Position numbers and translations under genes: made by a program. A stretch of DNA of 64,000 bases, taken from assembly GCA_025594325.1 (NCBI GenBank), contig JANHCV010000014.1:186001-250000 (forward strand), in the 5' to 3' direction. Within the stretch, counting starts at the first letter, position 1. Each line of letters opens with the position of its first letter. Shown here one piece after another: positions 44,453 through 54,800 of the stretch. The notes below the pieces were generated by a model, which made no database searches, was not told the DNA's origin, and saw only the letters and a list, made by a program, of their open reading frames with translations. This stretch comes from Blastocladiella emersonii ATCC 22665 (taxonomy: Eukaryota; Fungi; Blastocladiomycota).

Positions 44453-47125
44453 TTATGACGAGTTTAACTGTCGAAGCCGCATTCCCTGCTCAAGCACGCG
44501 CAGCCCACGGTATTCGCACTCGCTGCGCATCATCGCGCAGAACTCGTTGCTGCGAGCCGTGGCCCCGGCCGCCGTGAACAGCTCCGCAAGTACCTCGTTC
44601 CGCTTGACGAAATGACTTTGGTACTGGTCCAGCACAACGCAGGCCGCCGCGAGAAGCCACGACGGCGAGCGCAGCCCGTCGAGAGCGCCGCTAGGGAGCA
44701 TGCGCCAGATTCCGCGCGTGCTCGTCACGCTCACGCGCAAGAGATCGTTGACGACGAGCGACGGCGACGCGCGGTGCAGCTCCGCAATGATCCACGCGGT
44801 GCAGGATCGAAGTCCGCGTTGGCCGTTGGAGCCTGCGAAATTGGCCATGACAACGGCCTCGGGCGAAAGAAGCCGCCGGGTTGACTCGGGGAACGAGGTA
44901 AGCGCTGGCGTAAACCCAGGAATCTTGGTGAGCAGCGAGCGCACGGCAAACTGCCACGGGGCCAACCGCGGGTCGCCCTTGGTACAGGGAATCGCGAGCG
45001 TGTTCACCACGGAAAGCGATTCAGCGGCCGACGCGTAGCAGCCGACTGGCAGGGACCATTGCGAGCACCACCCGCCGCGCATGATCCAAGAGCGCGTGCG
45101 CGGGCTCATGGGAAGCGAGTCGAAGAACGCGAATGGCGACCACGCGCTCGGCTTGCTTGTCGCAGCGCGGACGCGCGGGTGCAGCAGTGCGTGCATGTAC
45201 CAGTGCGCGCGCGGCGAGTTGGTAACAAACCGCCGCTCGGCGAGATACTCGAGGGCGAGGTCGTGGCTGGGCGACATAGCGAGCAGCGAGACCAGAAGCT
45301 GTCCGAAAAGCACGCCGAAGTCGTCGTCTGCGCAAGCCTGCGACTCCGTTTCCTGGTCGTCCATGCGACGTTCATCAGCGAGCATCTGGTCGTACATGCG
45401 AAAGACCGCGACGGGGCTAATGTAAACGGCCAAGAACAAGAGCACCGGGTTGAGCAGCTTCAAGTCACAGAGGAGCGGCAACGCGGATGTGAAGAGAATG
45501 TCGCTTGACAAAACCCCGCGCGAAATGGCGAGCGCAAAGAGAGTGCAAATGTCCTTGGCGTGGGTCTCGACGACGAGTAGCGTGGGCGTCGCATGCTCGT
45601 CGCGCTCTGCAAAGGACGTCAGTGCGCAGCGGAACACTACACGAGCGACACCTGTTAGACTCTCGCGCGATCATGTAAATTGTACGAGTAGATCACGTAC
45701 CCTCGCGACAAACGGCAGCCAAACTCTTCTGCGGGATGCTGCCAAGTACCTTGTCCAAGTACGGATCCCCAGCTTCAATCAGCCTCCACACAGCCAACGA
45801 AAGAAGCTGATCGTCAAACATGCCACACACAATGTGAAGCCCAAGGACCCAGTTCTCGCTCCTGTACCGGTCGTCACGGATGATCTTCAACACATTCGTG
45901 TAGCATTCGGAGAAGTCCAGGGCAAGCTCTTGCCGGTCCGGCCACGGGAGCGCCGCGACCAAATCGGCGTAGCCAAACTCGTCAAGGAGAGGTATGACAC
46001 GGCCGTCCTCGATCGTGTCCGCAAGCAGCTTGACCATCCACCACGCTCGGTCGCGGCTGAAGATCTTGGGGTCGCCAAAGAACCAGCGCAGCGTTTTCGT
46101 GTAGATTTCCACTGGAAGCTTCTTGTGCACTTGGCCCCCCTCCATGCAATACAAGAATCCGAGCTGGTCGACGCGGAGGGTAGCAGCGGCTTTATCCAGG
46201 CCGTACTTGGGGGTCTCGAGCAGGGCAAGCATGTCGTAGCGCCACCGGCGGAAGCAGACGAGGAGAAGGTACTCGAGGAGCGAGATTGGTTTGTTGGTAT
46301 TTATGGTCGGATCGAGCAGGTCACCAAGCCACAGGGATACCTTGGGACAGGCCTCCACATCCAAGTCGATCCAGTCGCGAATGACGAGTCCGGTGGACGT
46401 CAACTCGTTGCGGGAAAGGAGACAATCGAGAATCATCGCGAGTTCCGCGGGCTGGCCGACGGCCGCGAGGAAACACGCCAGTTGGTAAATGGTGTCGAGA
46501 TGCGACGAGCGAGTGTTGACATTCAGGGTGATGCGTTTGCAAAAATGGGCAAGAAAGACCTCGTTCATGGGTGTTGCGAGTGGGCCGGGGCCAGGGGTCG
46601 GAGACATCACGTGTGGTGCTGCCGATCACCGCTTCGATCAACGCCACTACTCCGCTGCATCGGGTTTGTTCTGTTCTATTTGAGGGAGTGATAAACACCA
46701 TGATCTTGTCTTGTGCGACCAAAGGACTTGCTGCATTCAACAATGGGATGAGCGCGCGGACCCCACGCGGGGCACCGAACGCCCGGCTTCGTAGACACGC
46801 CAAATCGTTCCAAACTATAGTTGCGGCGCGCGAAGCTCTTCAAGTACTCGTCCAGCGGGAGAGCGTCGCTCAGCTTGATCGTCGGTACGGAGTCAAACCA
46901 AAGGAATACATCCCCGTCCCAGCCGCCAAGTTCACGGTTAAGCATGACCGTGCACCGGTAGACCCACTGCGTTGTCGGACCGGCGACGATCTCGGCGAAC
47001 CCGCGGGTGGAAGTCGGGATCACGTCGCGCGGAGCGGCAAGTCGAAGGACGTGCGCGACGAGCTCGGCCGGGAGATCGGAAAGGTATAAATGCGTGGAAT
47101 CCGGTTCAATGCATGGAGATTTCAT
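44453..47125 (-). pseudogene. F-box-like family copy 9, interrupted by a solo LTR
   Basis: MKSPCIEPDSTHLYLSDLPAELVAHVL; intron 45637-45700. Removing the 171-bp insert plus one 5-bp TSD copy restores WGPRAHPMNEVFL and an in-frame 810-aa protein. Confidence 0.85.
46572..46742. mobile_element. Solo LTR of an LTR retrotransposon, 171 bp
   Basis: Termini TGTTG...CAACA, flanked by a 5-bp TSD ATGGG at 46567-46571 and 46743-46747. Confidence 0.8.
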
Positions 47126-47212
47126 TGCAGGTAGGTCTATCATGGTTTCAGTGAGGAGCACGGTTTGTCGGCGAGGGGAGGAGAGAGGAAAGCGACTGAA
47201 GTGGCTGAGTCG

Positions 47213-47224
47213 CATCAGCTGATG
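47213..47224 (-). promoter_or_regulatory. Family upstream palindrome, copy 9
   Basis: CATCAGCTGATG followed by CGACTCAGCCAC on the minus strand, ~90 nt upstream of the ATG. Confidence 0.6.
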
Positions 47225-47486
47225 CCAACCTGCGCGTCGATCTTCTCCTCTCCCTCGCTCTGTGGCCTCTGTATTGACATGAATGCATGGTTGACTATGT
47301 GCAAGTCGTGATTTATGATGCTAGGTTGAGTCTGCCGCATCCTTGAGTTTGAGCGAACCAGAGGAGTGTGTGTTGACAACGGTGTTCCTGGGCCCGCACG
47401 CGGCGCCCTGTTCCCGCTCCGCAACCCCACCCCACGATCATTGAAGACATCACCGCCACTCATCGCAACAAACCAAACGGCACACC

Positions 47487-47928
47487 ATGTAAGCATCCAC
47501 GAACCCCTCGCCCTCATCACCCACACTCACCCTGCCTCCTCAGGTCCGCCCTCCTCCCGCGGTTCGAATACCTCGTAAGCCGGCGCTTCGACGTGGGCCT
47601 GGCCATGACGGCCGCGACACTCGGCTACCTGTCGCACGAGCGCGACACGCACCGGTCGAACCCGCAGGACCGGCTGATCCCGCTGGCGCGCGCACGGCTC
47701 GCTGTGGCGTGGCCCGCGGGCGCAGCCGCCGTAGACGCGGCCGAGGCGCGGTGGGAGCAGGTCGCGGCGTCGTTCCGCCCGGCGCCACGGGCTGCCAAGG
47801 AAGAACCTTCGCGGTTCACGCTGGGCGGCGGCAAGGCACAGGAGGAAGAGGAGGACGAGGCGGCGGTGCTCGCGCAGTGGATGCAGGCGATCGAGGTCAA
47901 GGACGAGGTCAAGAGCAGTAGTAGCTAA
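47487..47928 (+). CDS. Small protein resembling NCE101, 128 aa, with the ATG split by an intron
   Basis: AT|GTAAGC..CTCAG|G intron 47489-47543 gives MSALLPRFEYLVSRRFDVGLAMTAATLGYLSHERD, similar to the NCE101 YLISR.D...A...G..AY...ER pattern. Confidence 0.55.
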
Positions 47929-47968
47929 GGGTGTCGTTGTATAAACTAGAGTTGATGATGGTCTACGA

Positions 47969-49189
47969 TTAGGTTGGCTTCTCAGGCTGCTCGGGAACCG
48001 ACTCGGCGGGCCAGATCGCGGTGCAGCGCAGGTGCAGGAGAAAGGCCGTGTGCGGGTTCGGGCGGTGCGTCGGGCGGCACACCCAGTCGCCGAACGGCGG
48101 CGTGTCGGGTGTCACCGCGGGCTCCTGCGCGTCTTCAGGTGCGACAGCGGGCTCGCCCTCCGAAGCAGCCGTCTCGCCCTCAGACGCGGCAGCAGCCGTC
48201 TCGCGGCGACGTTCGGGCCACTTGATGGCGACGGGCTTGAGCTCCCACTCGCGGTGGTCGACCTCGATACACTTTTCGAGCGCGAGCGGCGCCCTCGCCG
48301 CCCGCACCGCATGCAGAACCCGTAACGCCTGTGTGATCGAGGGGACGTAGACGACGACCGACGCGTCCGGCCGCAGCACCCGCGCCACGTCCGCGACGAG
48401 GTCCCACGGGCTGAGCAGGTCGAGGACGACGCCGTCGACCGACTGCGGCGGGAGCTGCGGGAGGAGCTCGGCGACGTCGCCCGTCGCGAACGTGACGCGG
48501 TCGCGCAGGGCCGCGCGGCGGAACCGGTGCACGAACTTGGCGGCGTGTGTCGAGTGTGCCTTGCGCAGGTCGACGGACAGGACGCGGCCTTCGGGCCCGA
48601 CGGCCGCGGCGAGGTAGAGGGTCAGGCCGCCGGTCCCCGTGCCGGCCTCGAGCACGGTCGCGGAGGGCGGCAGGTCCAGCAGGTCGACGATGGCGGACGC
48701 GTCGCGCGGGTAGATGGGCGTCGCGATGCGCGGGGCCATGAGCACGTCTACGATCGGGTCGTCAGACACGGCTTGTGAGTTCAAGCAGAGAAATCACGCA
48801 CACTCCTCCATGGTCGGGTAATGCAGCGCGAGCTCGTGGCCCTTATGGTTCTTGACGCGGTCGCGCGGGCGCTTGCCAACGATGGCGGCGTGCGGCAGCT
48901 CGCCCGTCTCGCTCGAGAACTTGCCGTCGGCCCACAGCGCGGTCGTCAGCCGCCGGTTGCCCGTGCGCACGTTGCGCACCAGCACCACGTCGCCGTACGC
49001 GAACCGCTGCGGGGCCGGTGTCGGGAGGGCTGCGAGGAATTCGGCGAGCGGGTCCTTGGCGGGTTCATCGGTGGTGGGCACAGTGGGTGCGGCGGTGGAC
49101 GACCACCGTCGATGAAGGAGAGCGCGCGGCGCGAAGGCGGCGGTCCTCCGCGTAAGGCCGCTGAGCATGGGCCGAGCGATGCGTTGCAT
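47969..49189 (-). CDS. tRNA (adenine58-N1)-methyltransferase, TRM61/TRMT61B-like, probably mitochondrial, 388 aa
   Basis: Intron 48748-48801. Motifs ATPIYPRD, VLEAGTGTGGLT, DGVVLDLLSPW, PHTAFL. Arg-rich N-terminal presequence. Confidence 0.85.
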
Positions 49190-49369
49190 AGAGTCTAACC
49201 AGGTCGTTAGCCTGCTTCACGGCCGCGATGGGGGTGCAGGCCTCCCAAGTCGGCGCACGTGCGGCCGGCTCGCGCGCCGCGTCGCTCTCCGCTCGGCGCG
49301 CCGCCGCCAACGATTCCTCTCTCTCTCCCTCCCGCCAGTCTTGGCACCCACACCCGACGAACACAAACC

Positions 49370-51673
49370 ATGGACTCGACCGACCGCCGCACCGGCAGCG
49401 CGAGCGCGGGCAGCGGCAGCGACCTGTCGGGCTTCGCCTCGAGCGGGTTCCACGACGCCGACGACGTGCTCGGCAACCCGTTCGGCGGCGCCAACCCGTT
49501 CGCCGACCTGCCCAGCAGCTCGCCGTCGCCCGCGACTGCCGCGCCCGGCGCGATCCCGGGCATGCCGGCCACGCGTATGTTGTTGCTGTGAGAGTGGGGG
49601 AACGACTCGGTTGCTGACGCTGTGTTCGGGATGTGTAGTCGGCGGCACACCGAGCCCCGTCCCCGCCGTCCCCGAGCTCGAGTCGGGCTTTGCCGAAGTC
49701 GTCGCCATTTCCGAACCTGCGCCGCCCGCACCCGCACCCGTAGCGGAACCCGCCGCCGCACCAACCCCGGCCCCGTCGCTCCCGGCACCCATCAAGACCT
49801 CGACGCCGCCCATGACCGCCGACGCGTCGCGCACGTCTTCTCAAACCTCGCTCGCTACGGGCACCTTCACGCCGCGGTCGCGCCCGGGCGTCGCGACCCC
49901 CGTCCTGCGCCGGTCCATGTCCGCGCTCGCCGTGCACGACCCGCTGCTCAACCCGCTCGCCGCTGCCACTTCCGCACCCTCGCCTACCGCCGCTCCGCTC
50001 GCGAGCGCGACCACATCCGTGAGCCGGACCGAGGCGGGCCGCGGTAGTGCATTGCCGACGCCGGGCGCCGCGTCGCCGAGCGCGTCGACGCGCGGGTTGC
50101 CCGGGACGCCGGTCCCGCCGACGCCCGCGAGCGTTGCGCCACCGACGACGGGCACCGGGACCGTGTCGCCGCCGCCACAACAGGTCGGAACGCTGCGCAA
50201 GTCGCGCGGGCCCATGTCGTTCTCGCAGGCGCAGCTGCAGGTCCCGAGCCTCGCCGCCTCGCCCTTCACGATCGCCGTGTCCGACCCGACCAAGGTCGGC
50301 GAGGGGCTGTCCCCGTTTGTCGTGTACAAGGTGTCGACCAAGGTACTTTTTCGGGGCTTTCACTCCCCTCCATCCACGCTAACTCTCCCGCCCGCCTGGT
50401 AGACAACGATGCCCGGCTTCCGCGCCGACTCGGCCGTGTCGCGGCGGTACTCCGAGTTCCTGCGGCTGGCGCACCACCTCGCGGGCACGTACCCGGGGTT
50501 CGTCGTGCCGGGTCTGCCCGAGAAGCAGGCGATTGGCCGGTTCCAGGAGGATTTCGTGGAAGCGCGCCGTGTCGGGCTCCAGCTGTTCCTCCGCAAGATC
50601 GCCGCGCACCCGGTCTTTTCCGGGGATGACGTGTTCAAGGTGTTTCTCGAGGCGGACGCGTTCAAGGAGGAGGTACGTGTCGCGGGAGTGTGGGAGTAGG
50701 GTGGGGCTGACTTGTAGGATGCGCGTAGCTCGTCCCCGACCGCCCGCCAGCACCGCCCGCCAAGAGCAAGATGGCCGAGGTCGATCCGGTACGCCTTCTC
50801 CCCTCTCTCACCCGCACCCACCTCACCCTCTTACTCACCCTCCCTCTCACGCGTCCAGTGGTTCGAGGAACGCCGCCGGCAGCTGGACCAGTTCGAGGCA
50901 CAGGTCAAGTCCATGTTCAAATCCCTCGAGTCCCTGTCGTCGTGCGTGCGCGACGTGGCCACGGCGCATTTCGCCATGGGCGACACGATCCAGATGATGG
51001 CCGAGATCGAGGCCCCCGTGCCCATGGGCCAGCGGCTCGAGAAGCTAGGCGAGCTGCACAAGCGCGCCCGCGATATCATGTACGCCATGGCGGCCCTGGA
51101 TATCGGGCATCTCGAGGCCGCCCTGGATGACCAGATGCGCACGATTGGCGCGATGCGGGTACGCGGCGATGGTGTGTGCGAAGGGAGGCGGGTTGGCTGA
51201 CGAGTGGGGGATGTGTAGGCAGCGATGCAGGTCCGCGCCAACGCGCACGCGCAGTGGATGGCGCTCGACGCGGCGCTCCGCAAGAAGATGGGCACGCTGT
51301 CCAAGTCGCGGTTCGAGCAGCCCGCGATCAAGTCCGAGGTCGAGGACGTGCGTTGCGCTCCGCTCGCTCTCCATCAGGTTCCTCGCACTGACACCTCACG
51401 TGTAGCTCAAGTCGCAGGTTGCGGCGGCGCAAGTCTCGTTCGACCGCATCTCGCAGACGCTGCGGTCCGAGCTCGAGCGGCTCGACATTGACCGCGTGCA
51501 CGAGCTGTCCATCTCGATCCAGGCCATGGTCGACGCCATGTACGGCCACCAGCAGAGCGTACGTCTTCGCGGTGTTCTCCTTCTGGCCTCCATCTGACAA
51601 CCCCCCAAAAACGTAGATGGCCAACCTGTGGGACGACTTTCTCGAGTCGATGCCGGCCGTGTCCGCGGCGTAG
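49370..51673 (+). CDS. VPS5: PX-BAR sorting nexin (Vps5/SNX1-2 type), multi-exon
   Basis: PX: IAVSDPTKVGEG..FVVYKVSTK..VSRRYSEFL.L..HL..YPGFVVPGLPEKQ..RF..DFVEARR..LQLFL. BAR: WFEERRRQLDQFEAQVK..FDRISQTLRSELER..WDDFL. Several short introns; boundaries approximate. Confidence 0.8.
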
Positions 51674-51879
51674 CGCTGCGCGGGATCCCACAAACCACCA
51701 ACCAGTTTTGTGATTCTCTTTCAACACGCACTCTCATTTTTCACGCCGAGAACTGCGACGCGTCTCGGAACGCGGTCAGCTGACTGACGTCAACCAGGTG
51801 CCGAGCTTGCCGAGCGAGCGGGCCATCGCGTTCTCTCTTTCCCCCTCTCCCCGCTGAGTGAAGTTTATTACGTGATAGA

Positions 51880-54800
51880 ATGCCCATGCAACCCATGAAT
51901 CCGAGCCCGCCGGGGGCTCCCCCGAACCCGAAACCGACCGTCCGCATCGGCGACGTCGCCGTGGCGCTCGACGCGCCCGCCCATCCGCACCTCGTGCCGT
52001 ATGTCGCGCCCGAGGAGCTTGGGCTCGGTCCGGTATGCTTGCGGTGGTGTGGCTGTGACAGGGAGACGTGGGACTGATGACAGGTGAACTCGTAGCACGT
52101 CCGCAAGACGCTGCGCTGGATCATGCAAAAGGAGAAGCTCGGCCAGGACGTGTTCCTCATGGGGTACGCTGCCCTTCCCTCTGCTACGCCAAACCACGGC
52201 GAGCAAACCGCTAACCAACCCCCTCACGTAGCCCGCCCGGCTCGACGCGCCGCGCGCTCGCGTTCAAGTACGCGCAGCTGACGCAGCGCGAGGTCGAGTA
52301 CATCTGCATTTCGCGCGACGTGACCGAGGGCGACCTGAAGCAGCGGCGCGAGATCACCGCGGGCACCGCGACCTACATCGACCAGTGCTGCGTGCGCGCG
52401 GCGCGCCACGGCCGCATCCTGATCCTCGACGGCGTCCACAACTGCGAGCGCAACGTGCTCCCGCTCCTCAACAACCTGCTCGAGAACCGCGAGATGGCGC
52501 TAGAGGACGGATCGTTCCTCGTCCACGCCAAGCGGTACGCCGCGCTTGTCGAGCGGGATGCGGCGGTGGAGGGCGAGATGCGGCAGCGCAACCTGCACCC
52601 GGTCCACCCGCGCTTCTTCGTGATCGCCCTGGGGGTGCCCGTCCCGCCCTTTACCGGGTACCCGCTCGACCCGCCGTTCCGGTCGCGGTTCCAGGCGCGG
52701 TTCGTCGCCTCGGACCTCGCCAACGCCGACCGCGCCATGCACTGGGCCGCCGCGCGCGTGCCCGCCGTCCCGCGCGACGCGCTGCAAAAAGTCCTCGCCG
52801 TCGCCGCCGTCCTGCACGCGCAGTCCCCCGAAACGGACACCCGCGTCCCGCCGTGCACCGCGGACCCAGCCGTCGCCGCGCGCCTGCTCGCGGCCGGGCT
52901 CGCCCCCGCACACGTCCTCGCGATGCTGTACCCGTGGGCAACGATGCCGACGACCGACGACCATACCCGCAACGTCCTCGAGAGCGTCATGCGCCGGTTC
53001 GGCATGTCGTGGGACCACGCGCGCGATACCGCGTCGATTGCGCCCGCGCTCGCTGCCAAGGCGGCGACCGCAGCGCCCGGTTTGACGCCGTGGGTCGCGA
53101 CCCCGAGCTTCGCCATCGCCCTCGCGCAGCTCCACGCCGCGCACGCCGCGGGCCTCGACGCGTGCGTGGTCGGCGCCAAGGGCGGCGGGAAATCGCGGCT
53201 CGTGCGCCAGTTCGTCGCGCAGCTCGGGCAGGTCGCGGTGCTCGTCCCCGTGTACCGCGACATGTCGGCGCGCGACCTGCTGCAGCGGCGCGCGACGACG
53301 CCCGCGGGCGATACCGTGTGGGAAGACGCGCCGCTCGTGGCGGCGATGCGCGAGGGCAAGGTCGCGGTGCTCGACGGCGTCGAGGCGCTCCAGCACGGGA
53401 GTTTGGGGACGCTCGAGCGGATTGTAAGTAACCGGTCCGCGGTTTTACCGGATGGGACCGTGTTTGTTAGTGCTCGGCATGTCGAGGCGGACCCGAGGGT
53501 GCGGCCCGATGGGCGCGCAGTCGTCGTCGTGCACCCGGCGTTCCGCCTCGTCGCGATCGCGCGGACCACGGTGCCCGGCGGTTCCGGCGCGGCGACCAGG
53601 ACGTGGGTGTCCCCCGAAGCCGCGGCCCTTTTCCCGTACATCGTCCTGCCCTCGCTCCCGTGCGCCGAGGAAATGGCGGTCGTCCGCGCACTCGTGCCCG
53701 GCGTGCGCGAGCCCGTCCTCGCGACGCTGGCCGCAGTCGCCGCCGAGCTCAACGCGAGCCACGACGAGGTGCGCGCGCTCGCCCACGCGTTGTCGCTGCG
53801 CCAGCTCGTCAAGATCGCGCGCCACGTCACGCAGTACCCGCGCGACGACGTACACGCGCTCGTCCTGCGCGTCACGATGGCCGGGTTCTCGCCCGCCGCG
53901 GTCCGCGAGCAGCTCGACGGGATCCTCGCCAGGCACGGGATCGTGCCGCGCCGCCGTCGTGGTGGGGTCGCGGGCGGCGAGGATGGCGAGGTGATTGCGC
54001 TGACGGAGATCGGCGGCGAGCTCGACATCGGTGGCGTGCGCGCGCCCATCAAGCAAGATGCCGACCCGCTGCTGATCCCGAGCACGCTGTTCTACGAGAA
54101 CCCGCGGCAGCTGCTCGTCCTGCGCGACGTGCTCAAGGACTGGGCCGCCGGGTCGCACCTGCTCCTGTGCGGCGCGCAGGGGCTGGGCAAGAACAAGATG
54201 ATCGACTACCTTCTCATGAAGCTGCGCCGCGAGCGGCAGTACATCCAGCTGCACCGCGATACCACCGTCCAGTCGCTGACCGCGGTCCCCGAGATCCGCG
54301 GCGGGGTCCTGTCGTACGCCGACTCGCCGCTCGTCGTCGCCGCGCGCGAGGGGCATGTGCTGGTTGTAGACGAGGCCGATAAGGCGCCCACGCACGTCAC
54401 GGCGATCCTCAAGTCGCTCGTCGAGGACGGCGAGATGCGTTTGGGCGACGGCCGCCGCATCGTGCCCCGTTCTGGGGACGCGGCGCCCGGCGATATCGTC
54501 CTGCACCCGTCGTTCCTGCTGGTCGCGCTCGCGAACCGGCCCGGGTTCCCGTTCCTCGGCAACGACTTCTTCCACGAGTGCGGCGACGTGTTCGCGTGCC
54601 ACGCCGTCGACAACCCGGACGTGGCGAGCGAGATCGCGATGCTGGCGCAGTACGCGCCGTCGGTCCCGCTGCCCGTCCTCGACCGCGTCGCGCGCGCGTT
54701 CGCCGAGCTGCGCGACCAGGCGCAGGCGGGCAACCTCGCGTACCCGTACTCGACGCGCGAGATCGTCGGGATTGTCCGCCACCTCGCCGCGTTCCCCGAC

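Noticed and set aside
13869-47224. CRISPR-like reading of the recurring palindromic 12-24-mer
   Set aside because: Copies are kilobases apart, each tied to a gene start, in a eukaryotic genome with no cas genes.
47560-47580. GGTTCGAAT, resembling a tRNA T-loop/B-box
   Set aside because: Lies inside the NCE101-like exon and there is no cloverleaf. No tRNA or rRNA genes were recognised in the window.
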